Shown here in pieces: positions 39,906 to 53,580 of a stretch of 64,000 nucleotides of DNA (positions are counted from its first letter, which is position 1; each line of letters begins with the position of its first letter). The notes under the pieces were generated by a model, which saw only the letters and a program-made list of their open reading frames with translations, ran no database searches and had not been told where the DNA came from. The position numbers and the translations under genes were made by a program. This DNA is from Paraspadella gotoi (Eukaryota; Animalia; Chaetognatha): NCBI GenBank assembly GCA_051294375.1, contig CM119271.1:1048721-1112720 (forward strand), written 5' to 3'.

Positions 39906-40427
39906 TCTCCTCATCTCTCTCTCTCTCCTCTTTTTCATCCCATGCCCCTTTGCTCATATTTTGCTTTGAGCGCAGCGGGCGGTCAAAAACACTTCGAATC
40001 GCAGTTCTTACTCCTTCGGTATTTTTTTGACTTTTATTTCTCAAATTCAATTTTATCGGTTGATCACAATACTACCAACTGGCTGTTGGCTTCAGCAGAC
40101 CCTCTGGACCAATCGTATTTTAAATATAACTTAAAGTTGATAGTTTATCCGAACTACGATCTAGTCATATTACTTTGAATAAAATTCACTCAGTCGACGT
40201 CGTTAAAGTTTATTAATTGAGTCGTAAATAAACTTTGCTCTTCCTAATTGACTTCAGATTAACTTCCTTTGCGACTTTGCCCCTCGTTAAAATCGATATT
40301 ATACTAAAAGACTGAGAGATTAATAACCGATTTTCGCTTTCATTAAATTCCAGTTTCTGTCCCGGATAAAGTTTAATTTTGATAGACAAAGTTTAACGAT
40401 TTTGAAAGAAGGAAAATAAAAATAGTA

Positions 40428-41026
40428 CAAGGCTATCTACGGTGGCTACAGCACCCATACGACCTATCCATTGGTCATGATTTTATTAGTTAGAAAAGAC
40501 TTTAAAACTTTGTTTTGAGCTCGTTCAATAAAACATATGACGACATCATCATTTTATACTATATTAAAGTAAAAAAAAAAACAACATTTTTTTTTGGCCG
40601 AAAAGAATCTTGATTTTTTCAAATTATTTTTACATCAAGTTTACTTGAGCTTTTAAAGTTTCTTGACTAACTTTCATGTCACTAATGGCCTACATGCTAC
40701 AAAACAGTAAGCCCATGACTTCGTCCGGTTAAAAAAAATAGATAAGACCTGCATTGAATAACTGAGAGTGAAGTTCAAAGCAGAAAACCACCACCTTAGA
40801 GAATTTGAAAATGAGAAAACGATCTGACGTTTGTCTTGCTACAGGGGTCAAACTTGAAAAAGTGAACTGACCTTTGTCTTGCTATAGGGGTCAAACTTGA
40901 AAAAGCGATATCTTTGTCTTGTGACAGAGGCAAACATTTTGATTTTGCAATAGGATAAGGGTACTCAAAAAAACTTTAATGAAAATTAAAACAAAAATTA
41001 AAATTCTTTTGAGGTGGATCGCCCTG
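40428..41026. mobile_element. Candidate Tc1/mariner-type MITE, ~600 bp
   Basis: TA|CAAGGCTATCTAC ... GTGGATCGCCCTG|TA: 10/13 imperfect terminal inverted repeat with TA on both sides. Contains an internal 43-bp tandem repeat at 40824-40935. Confidence 0.4.
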
Positions 41027-41769
41027 TAGTTATTTATTTATTTTTTCATTTTTTTTTTCAAAAAGTATTCGACGTTGCTTAATTTCAAAGCTTACACGAT
41101 TCCCGATTTACCAAGTGTGAAATTAGCTTTCACTCTCTCTCTCTCTCTCTCACTCTGACTCTTCAACTCTTCAACAGAGATTTTTCTACAATTCCCGTTG
41201 TAAATATTTACTCCACTGATATATTTCACTGTCAATCAGGAAAATTTGGTTTCTCATTGAAAGATTGAGATTTTGGATCGAAGTCGGCGAAAGACGAGGA
41301 TCGCATTCATTTGGTGCGAAAGTTTGGTTTTATTGTTTCATTCATTCATTCTTTCCTTCTTTTATTCATTCATTTATTCATTCATTCTTTCATTCATTCA
41401 TTCATTCATACGTTCATTCACTCTATCATTAATTCATTTTTTCATTCATTCCGTTTATTCTCTTTAATTTTTTTTTAATTTCTTTGGATGCTTGGTTAAT
41501 CCTAAGAACTGTTCGCGTACCCTTGCACTCTGTACGGACAATAGGACAATTAGGCCTGACTTAATACGTTCTGCAGACATAAAACTCGTACGACTTCGCT
41601 ATTAAAATATTTAAAAAAAAAGTGTCTAGCCGAAATCAACCGTTTGAATATATTATAGGATATAATTCTCGTTTAGGACAAAAATTAACAAAACAATTAA
41701 AGAGAAAAAAGTTAATCTTCGTAGAAATGAAAAGAGATGGTAAATATTCATCAAGAAAATCAAGAGGGG

Positions 41770-41821
<52 letters not shown>

Positions 41822-42052
41822 ATGTCTCTCTCCCCGTGTCTCCTCCTGAGACTCTCCCGGTTTTCATTTAACGTCGTTGTCGTCGTCGTTATTGTTTTTC
41901 TCGTCGTCATTATCTTAACCAATTTTGTCATTTTTCTCACTTTTGACTTTGTCAATTTCAGTGACATTATCATCGTCATATTCGTAATAATGAAAATCGT
42001 CTTCATCATCTTCATCATTGTATTATTGTCATCCTCTTCGTCGTCGTCAACA

Positions 42053-42084
<32 letters not shown>

Positions 42085-43481
42085 TTGAAACGGAAGTCGT
42101 CCCGTGGAGCGACTGCGGCGCCGTCGTCGCTGGAGACCACGGACGACGATGGCGCCCCAAGCGGCAATTACTAAAACCAAAATCGTTTTACTTTTGTTTT
42201 CTAGTTAAAAAAGAAAAAGAGCAATGAATTTTTTTTTTTAATTTGAATAAAAAACTGACTTTTGGTTCCCGGTGAACGGAATAAAATGGACAAAAGAGTC
42301 AAAAATGAGTTAAAATGAGCATGACAGGGACATGACATGTAAGAGTGATGTCCAAAGTCAGGGGTAAGATAGCTTATTTATTAAATGAATGGATAAATTT
42401 TATATTGGTTGTACTAATATCATATAATGTCAAAATGAGTAAGAAATGAGTCAAAATTTGTCAAATTGAGTTAAAATGATCATAACCTATTTAAAAACGA
42501 AATAAATTGTTAAAATACGTCAAAGATGATTCAAAATTAGTCAAAAAGAGACAAAATGAGCATGACCTCATTGTTAAATAAATAAAATTTCAAAATAAGA
42601 CGAAATGAGCTCAATGACAATGTGAACATTGTCGTCTTCATAGGAGTTTTGATCACCCTTATTGATGAAACTCGTTCACGCTTTGCTCAACCGTTAGTGA
42701 CTCCGTTCAGACAGAAAACGTTTTCCGTTTTTAAATTAACACGGTCTGCTTTTTCCTACTAACTTTCTTCTATATTTCTACGAAATGTCATAAAATGACA
42801 ATTTCTCTCTCATTTTTTCTTGTGCCCAGAAAAAGAAGCTTAAAAGTTGAAACCGAGTTATTTTTTCGGCAAGACTTTTTTTCTTAAATCTTTATAGTAA
42901 TTTTCGCTAAGTCTGGAATAGATTAGTAAACTTCCGAAAATCCATTTACGTTCTCATACTTTTTTTTTCATTCTCTAGTTTAATTTATACACACAAAAAA
43001 ACCGGCGGGAGATAAAATGTAAGAATATTTTGAAGTTTTTTTCTTCTACTTTTTGTTTAATTTTCTTTTGAATTCGTTGAAACTAAATACGTACGAGATC
43101 CCCGCTATTTTTGCATCCATTATCTGCGATGGGCCACTTAATACATCAGATCTAACGCTGAGACCTTGATTGTTTTGACGGGGGTGGGGAGAGAGATAGA
43201 GGGAGAGGGAGAGGGAGAGAAAGAGAGAGATAGAGGGAGAGAGAGAGAGGGAGAGGAGGGGGATAATCAAGAAGAAAAGAAAAGAAAAGATAAAGAGCAA
43301 AAGAAAAAAGGAGAAAAAGAAAGAAAGAAAAAAAGCGTCGGCGAATAATAGAAGCCTCTTCGGTTTTTAATGGATCTTTAGTATTTTAAACGAAAAACCA
43401 AACATCGGCAAAGCTTGAGTTTAACAAAAATTAAGAGCTATTTCCTCTTGATATTACATTAAATAGTCTTTTCTTCTCTAG

Positions 43482-43482
<1 letters not shown>

Positions 43483-43565
<83 letters not shown>
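43483..43565. repeat. (ATT)n microsatellite
   Basis: Perfect trinucleotide run of ~80 bp. Confidence 0.98.
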
Positions 43566-44574
43566 TCCTTCATCAATAATGAAATAAATAATTAAATATA
43601 TGCATATATTTCCACTAAGATATCTACCAAATTAAAATCTTAAATAAATAAATTTGGCCAACTCGTCATTTTTCCCCTATATTAGTCTATTTTTTCGGAT
43701 GATAAATATAAAGAATCCAAAATAGTTCCTACAACATAAAATTCACGAACTACAAACTCTCTTAATTTTTATATTTTAATATTTCGCCTAAATTGACGAT
43801 AAAATTTAAAAATTGACAATAATTTTTTTTCCGTTTCTCCGGCCTCGGGTTAAAAAAATACTTCACCCTTTTTAAGTTTAAAAAAGTCAAGTCTCATTTT
43901 TTTTTCTTTAATTTAGATAAATATTATCTTTACTTTTTTTTCATTCTTCGTCTTGATTTTTGACTTAATCTCTAGCGACGCCATCTTGACCCAGAGCGGC
44001 GTCTCTCTCTCTCTCTCTCTTTCAGGGCACATTACCCCGCACTTCGTCCGGGAACATCACCCGGAGAGCCGTCACCTCAAAGGGTGCCTTACCTTTCTCT
44101 CCTGCAACTTCTTTTGGAACTTACCTCAAACAAACGAAAAATGCCTCACCCTTCTGTTCCCAGACTTTTTCATTTTCTTCCATCGTCTGCTTTTCGTAAT
44201 GACCATGTTGTTTTGTACTGTACTGTACTGTAGTTTCCTTTACTGTTATGTACTGTACTGTACTCTTTCTTTCTATCGGACTTCTTTCCTGTGTTACTTT
44301 TTCTCATCCCTTCCTTTGCATTTACTATTCACCTCTCTTCCTTTCTTGACTTCTCTTACTTCTCTCCTTAACTTCTCTTTCTCAACTTATCTTACTTCTC
44401 TCCTACACCTCTCTATCCCGACCTCTCTTATCTCTCCTTCACCTCTCTTTCTTTAACTCTCTTACTCCCTTACCTCACTCTTACCTTACCTCCCTTACCT
44501 TCCTTCAGTCTCCAATCGTTTTAATCGCGTCGCGTTTGTTCCAGACAAACATCGAATCTCGAGATACGATAGAG

Positions 44575-44656
<82 letters not shown>

Positions 44657-44925
44657 TGAAAGCGATCAACTTTTTTTTTAATTCGAATTCCATTTCGCTT
44701 CTTTTATTCTTTCTTTTTTTTTTCTTCTTTTTTTCTTTCTTTTTCTTTTCTTCTTTTTTCTTTCTTTTTCTTTCTTTTTTTTATTCTTTTTTTCTTTCTT
44801 TTTCTTTCTTTTTTATTCAATACTTTTTTCGTATTTTATTCTTAATTTTTTTCTTTTATTGAATCTAAAAAAAAGAAAAAAAGAAAAGGGTTGGGCGGTG
44901 ATAGTGCTTGTGGTGTTAGGGGGCG

Positions 44926-45238
44926 CATACTTACACATACGCATACATACACATACATACGCATACATACACACATACACACAAGGTAGAGTAACGTTAA
45001 TGAAATACAGTAGGATTTCATTCGGTCTCAGTCTGCGAGATTTGTGATAAGGCGCTAGCTGGGCTGAAGACTACTATCCGAATCCGTAATGGAAAGGGTC
45101 CTGGGCTTGGAATCAGGAGTTTTCCACGCCCCCCAAGTCTGTCTTCACGCTTCCCGCAGGGGAGGTACGGTGTTGGGATTGCACCCGGCACCTAGTGGTC
45201 CTGAGCTGATGGATTTACTCGTTGAGTCAACGGGTCGC
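44926..45238 (-). mobile_element. Candidate tRNA-derived SINE
   Basis: Minus-strand head GACCCGTTGACTCAACGAGTAAATCCATCAGCTCAGGACCACTAGGTGCCGGGTGCAATCCCAACACC has an A-box-like TGACTCAACGAG and a B-box-like GGTGCAATCCC starting 44 nt apart. A ~200 nt body and a (TGTA/TG)n tail follow. Confidence 0.55.
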
Positions 45239-46259
45239 GACTGAAGGTGTCATGCTTATAGGCTGGGTGAACTTATGCATTGCCCGACTACTGATCTTAT
45301 TCCCAATGATTCCGATCTTTTTTAAATCTTTGGTAACGAAATAAATATATTCTCATAATCTTCTTTGCTCTAAACGCATTTTAGGAGATTTTCGCCGCTG
45401 TCTTTTCCTGTCCTCGTAAGTCCTGGCTTGGTCCATTGTAAAATCGGGATGTTTACCGGCAAAATCTTGAATGAATTAGTTTGGAAATGCTAACTAAAAC
45501 GTGTTGTTGAGACTAGGTTTTATACATTTATATTCCTACCGACGCAAATATGTAAATAAACGGCTTAGTATTCTCTCTTGGGATTTTTTTATTTCTTTGT
45601 ATCAATTTATCAATAGTCTCATTTCAAACATTTTTTTTACATTTCACAAAATATTTTTTTTATTAAAACGATCTTCCTGCTATAATACTGTCTAATCTAT
45701 GACATCTGCTCAGACAATAAAATTAATTTGCATAACCTGGCGACGAAATTACACAGGAAATGTTAATAGTTTTACTTTTTTTCTTTAAAGCCTCTTATCA
45801 GATGACAAAGGCGGACATATTTTTCAAACGGGCCCCAGTTCTGATTAAATTTAGAATAAAGTAAGTTTTTAATTTTAAATCTTAGGGTAGGGGTTGAGAG
45901 TTGGTTAAGGATTAGGATATGGTGGGGTAAAGTATCCATTCCTCTTGCAAGATAATAACAGAGAAAGATACTGCAAGATTTCAATCATGACTCTATCACA
46001 GTCTAGTTTATTAACCTCTATAGTGCCGTTTATATTAATTTATAAAACAGTTAAATATGATTTTAAATATTTTTTCTAGAAAGATATTTACTCGACGTTG
46101 AACTCAATTGAAAACTGGAAGAAAAATGGCCGCCAAGAAAAAAGAAAAGATCAACCGATCGCGTCTTATTCTCGTTTGGTGACGCTAATTGTACGAAAAC
46201 CCCGAATCTCCTCTGAAATAAGCTTTCTCGTTCTTCCCCTTTCTCTCTCCTCTCTCTCT

Positions 46260-46299
<40 letters not shown>

Positions 46300-46524
46300 C
46301 AATGATCTCTCAAAAGATCCCCCCATTATCTCCCCCTTTTCCCTCCTTAATTCTCACCGCCCCCTTTCTTACTCTTTTCTTAAATCCCCTTAAATCTATT
46401 TTTATCCCTCCCCTTTATCGCCTTCGGTTCTTCACGGTTTTTTTTCTTTACTTCTTTATATATGTTTCTTTTTTTTGAGTGAATACATAACTTTCTTGAA
46501 AACTGTCTCTCTCTCTGTCTCTCT

Positions 46525-46561
<37 letters not shown>

Positions 46562-46680
46562 TCTCTCCCTAGTATTCCCTTTTTCGTTTCCAAATTTCTC
46601 GTTTTCAAAAAACGATTTCCTGTTTCAGATACTTTCTATTTCAAGTGGACGACGANNNNNNNNNNNNNNNNNNNNNNNNN

Positions 46681-47580
46681 GGCCAACTCGTCATTTTCCC
46701 CCTATATTGTCTATTTTTTCGGATGATAAATATAAGAATCCAAATAGTTCCACAACATAAATTCACGAACTACAAACTCTCTTATTATTTTATATTTAAT
46801 ATGTCCTAAGATTGACGATAAATTTAAAAATTACAATAATTTTTTTTCCGTTTCTCGGCCTCGGTTAAAAAAATACTTCACCTTTTTAAGTTTAAAAAAG
46901 TCAAGTCTCATTTTTTTTTCTTTAATTTAGATAAATATTGATCTTTACTTTTTTTTCATTCTTCGTCTTGATTTTTGACTTAATCTCTAGCGACGCCATC
47001 TTGACCCAGAGCGGCGTCTCTCTCTCTCTCTCTCTTTCAGGGCACATTACCCCGCACTTCGTCCGGAACATCACCGGAGAGCCGTCACCTCAAAGGGTGC
47101 TTACCTTTCTCTCTGCACTTCTTTTGGAACTACCTCAAACAACGAAAAATGCCTCACCCTTCTGTTCCAGACTTTCTTCATTTTCTTTCATCGTCTGCTT
47201 TTCGTAATGACCATGTTGTTTTGTACTGTACTGTACTGGTAGTTTCTTTACTGTTATGTATCTGTACTGTTTACTCTTCTCTTCTATCGACTTTCTTTCC
47301 TGTGTTACTTTTTCTCTCCCTTCCTTTGCATTACTATTCACCTCTCTTCCTCTTGACTTCTCTTACTTCTCTCCTTAACTTTTTCTCTTTCTCAGCTTAT
47401 CTTCTCTCTCCTACACCTCTCTATCCCGACCTCTCTTATCTCTCCTTCACCTCTCTTTCTTTAACTCTACTACTCCCTTACCTCACTTTACCTTACCCCT
47501 TACCTTCCTTCAGTCTCAATCGTTTTAATCGCGTTCGCGTTTGTTCCAGACAAACATCGGAGATCTCGAGAGACGATAGA

Positions 47581-47664
<84 letters not shown>

Positions 47665-49223
47665 TGAAAGCGATCAACTTTTTTTTTAATTCGAATTCCA
47701 TTTCGCTATTTTTATTCTTTTTTTTTTTTCTTTTTTTTTTCTTTCTTTTTCTTTCTCTCTTTTTTTCTTTCTTTTTCTTTCTTTTTTTTATCTTTTTTTC
47801 TTTCTTTTTCTTTTTTTTATTCAATACTTTTTCGTATTTATTCTAATTTTTTTCTTTTTATTGAATCTAAAAAAAAGAAAAAAAAGAAAAGGGTTGGGGT
47901 GATAGTGCTTGTGGTGTAGGGTGCGCATACATACACATACAGCATACATACACATACACACAAGGTAGAGTAACGTTAATGAAATACAGTAGGATTTCAT
48001 TCGGTCTCAGTCTGCGAGATTTGTGATAAGGCGCTAGCTGGGCTGAAGACTACTATCCGAATCCGTAATGGAAAGGGTCCTGGGCTTGGAATCAGGAGTT
48101 TCACACCCCCCCAAGTCTGTCTTCACGCTTCCGCAGGGGAGGTACGGTGTTGGGGATTGCACCCGGCACCAGTGGTCCTGAGCTGATGGATTTACTCATT
48201 GAGTCAACGGGTCGCGACTGAAGGTGTCATGCTTATAGGCTGGGTGAACTTATGCATTCCGACTACTGATCTTATCCCAATGATTCCGATCTTTTTTAAA
48301 TCTTTAACGAAATAAATTATTTCTCATAATCTTCTTTGCTTCTAAACGCATTTTAGGAGATTTTCGCCGCTGTCTTTTCTGTCCTCGTAAGTCCTGGCTT
48401 GGTCCATTGTAAAATCGGGATTTTACCGGCAAAATTTGAAGAATTAGTTTGGAAATCCTAACTAAACTGTTGTGAGACTAGGTTTTATACATTTATATTC
48501 CTACCGGACGCAAATATGTTAAATAAACGGCTTTAGTATTCTCTCTTGGGATTTTTTTATTTCTTTGTATCAATTTATCAATAGTCTCATTTCAAACATT
48601 TTTTTTACATTTCACAAAATATTTTTTTATTAAACGATCTTCCTGCTATAATACTGTCTAATCTATGACATCTGCTCAGACAAAAAATTAATTTGCATAA
48701 CCTGGCGACGAAATTACACAGGAAATGTTAATAGTTTACTTTTTTCTTTTTTAAAGCCTCTTATCAAGATGACAAAGGCGGACATATTTTTCAAACAGGG
48801 CCCAGTTCTGATTATTGTTAGAATAAAGTAAGTTTTTTAATTTTAAATCTTAGGTAGGGGTTGAGAGTTGTTAAGGATTAGGATATGGTGGGGTAAAGTA
48901 TCCATTCCTCTTGCAAGAATAATACAGAGAAAGATACTGCAAGATTTCAATCATGACTCTATCACAGTCTAGTTATTAACCCTATAGTGCCGTTATATTA
49001 ATTTATAAACAGTTAATATATGATTTAAATTTTTTTTTTTCTAGAAAGATATTTACTCGACGTTGAACTCAATTGAAAACTGGTAAGAAAAATGGCCGCC
49101 AAGAAAAAGAAAAGATCAACCGATCGCGTCTTATTCTCGTTTGGTGACGGCTAATTGTACGAAAACCCGAATCTCCTCTGAAATAAGCTCTCTCTCTCGT
49201 TCTCTCTCTCTCCTCTCTTCTCT

Positions 49224-49264
<41 letters not shown>

Positions 49265-49638
49265 CAATGATCTCTCAAAAGATCTCCCCCCATGTATCTC
49301 CCCCTTTTCCCTCCTTAATTCTCACCGCCCCCTTTCTTACTCTTTTCTTAAATCCCCTTAAATCTATTTTTATCCCTCCCCTTATCGCCTTCGGTTCTTC
49401 ACGGTTTTTTTTCTTTTTCTTCTTTATATATGTTTCCTTTTTTTTGAGGAATACATAACTTTCTTGAAAACTTCTCTGCTCTCTGTCTCTCTTATCTCCT
49501 CTCTCTCTATCTCTCTCTCTCTCTCCTCCTCTCCCTCTACTCTTTCTCCCTAGTATGTCCCTTTTTCGTTTCCAAATTTCTCGTTTTTCAAAAAAACGAT
49601 CCTGTTTCAGATACTTTCTATTTTCAAGTGGACGACGA
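46681..49638 (+). repeat. Direct duplicate of 43656-46655 (probable overfilled gap); includes a second copy of the SINE candidate at ~47924-48215
   Basis: Starts immediately after the 25-N gap at 46656-46680 with 'ggccaactcgtcatt', as at 43656. ORF text '[32 protein letters not shown]' appears in both. Confidence 0.93.
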
Positions 49639-51185
49639 TACGACGACGACATGACGACTACAACGACGACGACGACGACCCTCGGGGGATTAGAAAATAA
49701 TTCGATCTCATCCCGATTTTATTTTATTTTTTATTTTTTTTTTTGAAGAGAATTTGTCTTTTTTATGTCTGCCTTTTTTCAAATTCAAAAATTAAATTTA
49801 AATTTTTTTGTTTTAATTTCCGATGCTCAGATTTAAGGTCAACAGCTATCGATCTTCCTAGATGTCAAACGAGATCTCCCAAGGGTCCTCTCGCTTTTTT
49901 TATGTTTTTTTTTTCAAATTTAATTACATTATCGAAGTCTAAAGTTGTCGAAAAGGTTATTCTCATTAATTAGTCTGCGCGGATATAGACACGCGTCGTA
50001 AATGTCTGCGATTAGTTTAAAAATTGTCATGGTTTTATATAATTGTTTAATGATCAATGTCAAGGTGATTGTCTTAATCGTTTCCGCGCAAAAGAGAATT
50101 TCGTATAAATATAATCAATCATTATTTACTAAAAAGGTTCTAAATTATTTTTACGTTACTCTCACTGCCTTATATAGTTTGTACTAGGTTAACGCGTTAC
50201 GCTTTTTAGTTTTAAAAGGAAAATTTTTTTTTTGCCGCTTTTACCGATGACCCATAACCTAAAAAAATCCTCGGGTGGCAGAACTATAACGGTCGTCGAC
50301 TCTTAATGGATAGAAAGTAAACAAAACTTTTCCGGCCAATAAGAGATAATGGGAACGGATATTTATATGCATACGGACTAGTAATGAATCTGAACTTACA
50401 TTCGCGAAGTCCTTTTCTGAGATTTTCGTGAACATCCCTCTTCGCCCCCAAAAAATAATAACTTCACTGTCCTCGTAAGATTCAAACCTCCCAAAAAACT
50501 CTGCTTTTAAAATAACCGTGAAATCGTCATTAATTCCTCTCTTTTCTCGTTGATTAACCAATTTTTTTACGAACATTTTTTATTAATAGTTCATAAATAA
50601 TAAACTACTCCAGACCCAAGGAAAGAAAAAAAAACTTTTTTACTACGCTAATTTTTTTTATCTCCCCTTAAATCTCGGAAACTTCAAATTCTTTTAGTCT
50701 CTTTTTTTGGCTTTATTTTCCCAGAATTCCTCCTTTTATTTTAAATTCAGAATTAAATTAATATTTAGGTTTAAAAATGAAGTTAAATGTTCCGGTAAGG
50801 GAATCGGTTATGGATTAAGTTGAGGATTGGGGTTGAAGATTAGGTTGTTCATGTTAAGGATTAAGGTTAAAAAATTAGGTTTAGGATTAAGTATTAGGAT
50901 TAAGTTTGGGTTAAGGATTAAGTTATGGTTAAGAATTAGTATAGGAAATATGGTTAAAAATTAGGTTATTAGTTGGAAAGATTAGGGTTTAATATTATAA
51001 TTTAAATTAAGATTAGGGATTAAAGAGCTGAAATGGGGCGATTTTGGAAAAGATAGCTTCTTTTTTTTCTTTGTTTCTCATGCATAGTTCTGATAGTTTT
51101 TTTACTCACCAAAAATCTTAACTTGAATTTTTTTTCTTTTTTTAGAAAAAAAAATTTTTCGATTTTTTTTTTTTAAATTTTATAT

Positions 51186-51563
51186 TTTTTTAGTTGCGCC
51201 GCGAGTACTCTCGGAGCAACTCTTTAAGTCACTTTTCGGCCGGTCTGTCGGTCCGTCGGTCCGTCGGTCCATCGGTTTTTCTGCCCGTCGATTGGTCCAC
51301 TTACATTAAAAATGCAAAAAACCGTCAAATCTAAGGGAATGCTAGCGCCGCATTCAGGAAATCCTAAAACTATAAGGAATAAAAAAAGGAATTTTGATGC
51401 AGTGCATGTCATAAATACACGGGCTAAGAAAGTTAATAAGTTATTGTAGTCTTGTATTCATTTCAGGTCATGTCATGTCACGTCATGTCATGTCATGTCA
51501 CGAGAAATACACGGGATAAGGCAGTCACTTCGGCGCAACACATTTGAATTACCGTTCTTGTTT
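51186..51563 (+). mobile_element. Apparently complete HINE/DINE-1-like non-autonomous Helentron, ~380 bp
   Basis: A T-run is followed by GTTGCGCCG (51193-51201), whose exact inverse CGGCGCAAC lies near the 3' end (51531-51539). There is a local 5' inverted repeat AGTTGC/GCAACT (51192/51216), a (GTCGGTCC)n microsatellite at 51240-51275, an internal (CATGT)n, and the element ends in CTTGTTT. Confidence 0.6.
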
Positions 51564-53323
51564 CAAAAACATTTTACTTTCTTTCTTCTATTTTTTATCT
51601 TCTATTTTTCATATTTTGTTTTCTTATTTCTATCTTTGGTTTTATTTATTCAATTTTGTTTTCTTCCAATTCCTTCTGCTTTCTCCTACATACTTTCTTC
51701 GTTATACTTATAGTATTTTGTTCTTTCTTCTACCTTCTTTCTTCTTTCACCTTATCTCTCGACTTTTTCACCATTTCAGTTTTTACAATCAACTTTTCAC
51801 TCAACCCAAAGATTTTTTTTTTCTCGGTGTTGTTGCCTCATGAATCGCGCCCGTCTGTTTTGCCCTTTATACTTTTTCTCGCCAAATTTCGCCCGCAGTT
51901 ACTCCATTTGGTCAACGTCAACTTATGACCACAGATTCTCTTTATTCCGCAGAGGCAAGACAGACAGATGATCTTGTCTTGCGGAATTTGTTACTCCCCT
52001 TGTCGTCTCGTCTCTTCCCAACTTTCGGTTGTCTGCTTGCCGACTTTCTTCCTTCCAGTCAAAAAAATGACATTTGGATGACATCAGAAGTTTGAGGCCG
52101 ACGGACCGACACCGGTTCTTCCTCTACATCATATCTCCAGCCCCAGCGGCCCCNNNNNNNNNNNNNNNNNNNNNNNNNNNNNNNNNNNNNNNNNNNNNNN
52201 NNNNNNNNNNNNNNNNNNNNNNNNNNNNNNNNNNNNNNNNNNNNNNNNNNNNNNNNNNNNNNNNNNNNNNNNNNNNCCCCCTTCACTCCACTCGGACCAA
52301 CACACACACACAGTCACACCCACACACAAAAAACAATATTACAATTGATAGTACAGGAAGAAAAGAGTATTAAACAATAAAAATTAACGATGAAACCAAT
52401 TGAACCTAAAACAATAAAGAAAATAAAAAAGCGACGGCGAAAAAGGAAGAGAAAAAAATGCGTCTTGCACCCCGTTGAATGAATCGGGAAAAGATGAGGG
52501 GGTGTGGAGTACGGGATATTGCTTAATTATTTAAATTTAGTAATCTATTTATCTAATTTAGGAAAAAAGATGATCATACTTAGGCATTTAAGTTTTAAGG
52601 CAATCATTTTTGGCTCTATTTTCTCAAAAAACCCTATTTCTGTTTTTTAATCCCGGAACTTGCTCTCAATTCTAATTTATTGTAAATCCCATAATAAACA
52701 TTGCACATGTTTTCTAAATTCAGACAGAAAAAAAAAAACACGTTTTTTTCCCCAGCGTCCGTCCTCCCGGGGCCGTTAATTCTTAAGCGACAGTTTCCGT
52801 GACATTTTCCCTGCGGGATATCGTACGTAGAGGAAAGAGAAAGAGAAAGAAAGAAAGAAAAAAAGGGAAAAATGAGAAGACGGAGGGTTGTAAAAAAANN
52901 NNNNNNNNNNNNNNNNNNNNNNNNNNNNNNNNNNNNNNNNNNNNNNNNNNNNNNNNNNNNNNNNNNNNNNNNNNNNNNNNNNNNNNNNNNNNNNNNNNNN
53001 NNNNNNNNNNNNNNNNNNNNNNNNNNNNNNNNNNNNNNNNNNNNNNNNNNNNNNNNNNNNNNNNNNNNNNNNNNNNNNNNNNNNNNNNNNNNTCACTCAT
53101 TCATTCATTCACTCACTTTTGCGTGAACTCACCTCGAACAAAAGCGACTCACCCGACGCAATCACCGCCGTTGTTGTTGTTGTTATTGTTTTTGTTTATA
53201 AGGGCGACGACGACGACGAAGATGGCGCCACCGTCGATCGAGACGACGATAAGGAAACCGTCGTCAAATCGGGGGATGGTCGCCACGCCCACTCCCCGCC
53301 TACTGGCCCTTGACTATAAAACA

Positions 53324-53355
<32 letters not shown>

Positions 53356-53543
53356 ANNNNNNNNNNNNNNNNNNNNNNNNNNNNNNNNNNNNNNNNNNNN
53401 NNNNNNNNNNNNNNNNNNNNNNNNNNNNNNNNNNNNNNNNNNNNNNNNNNNNNNNNNNNNNNNNNNNNNNNNNNNNNNNNNNNNNNNNNNNNNNNNNNNN
53501 NNNNNNNNNNNNNNNNNNNNNNNNNNNNNNNNNNNNNNNNNNN

Positions 53544-53580
<37 letters not shown>

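Noticed and set aside
45170-45240. A functional tRNA gene
   Set aside because: The A and B boxes are degenerate, I cannot build a cloverleaf or acceptor stem, and it runs into a body and simple-repeat tail, which fits a SINE better.
50765-51025. TTAGG/TTAGGG-like tracts as telomeric repeats
   Set aside because: They are highly degenerate, short, interstitial and present at several sites, so more likely low-complexity parts of dispersed repeats.
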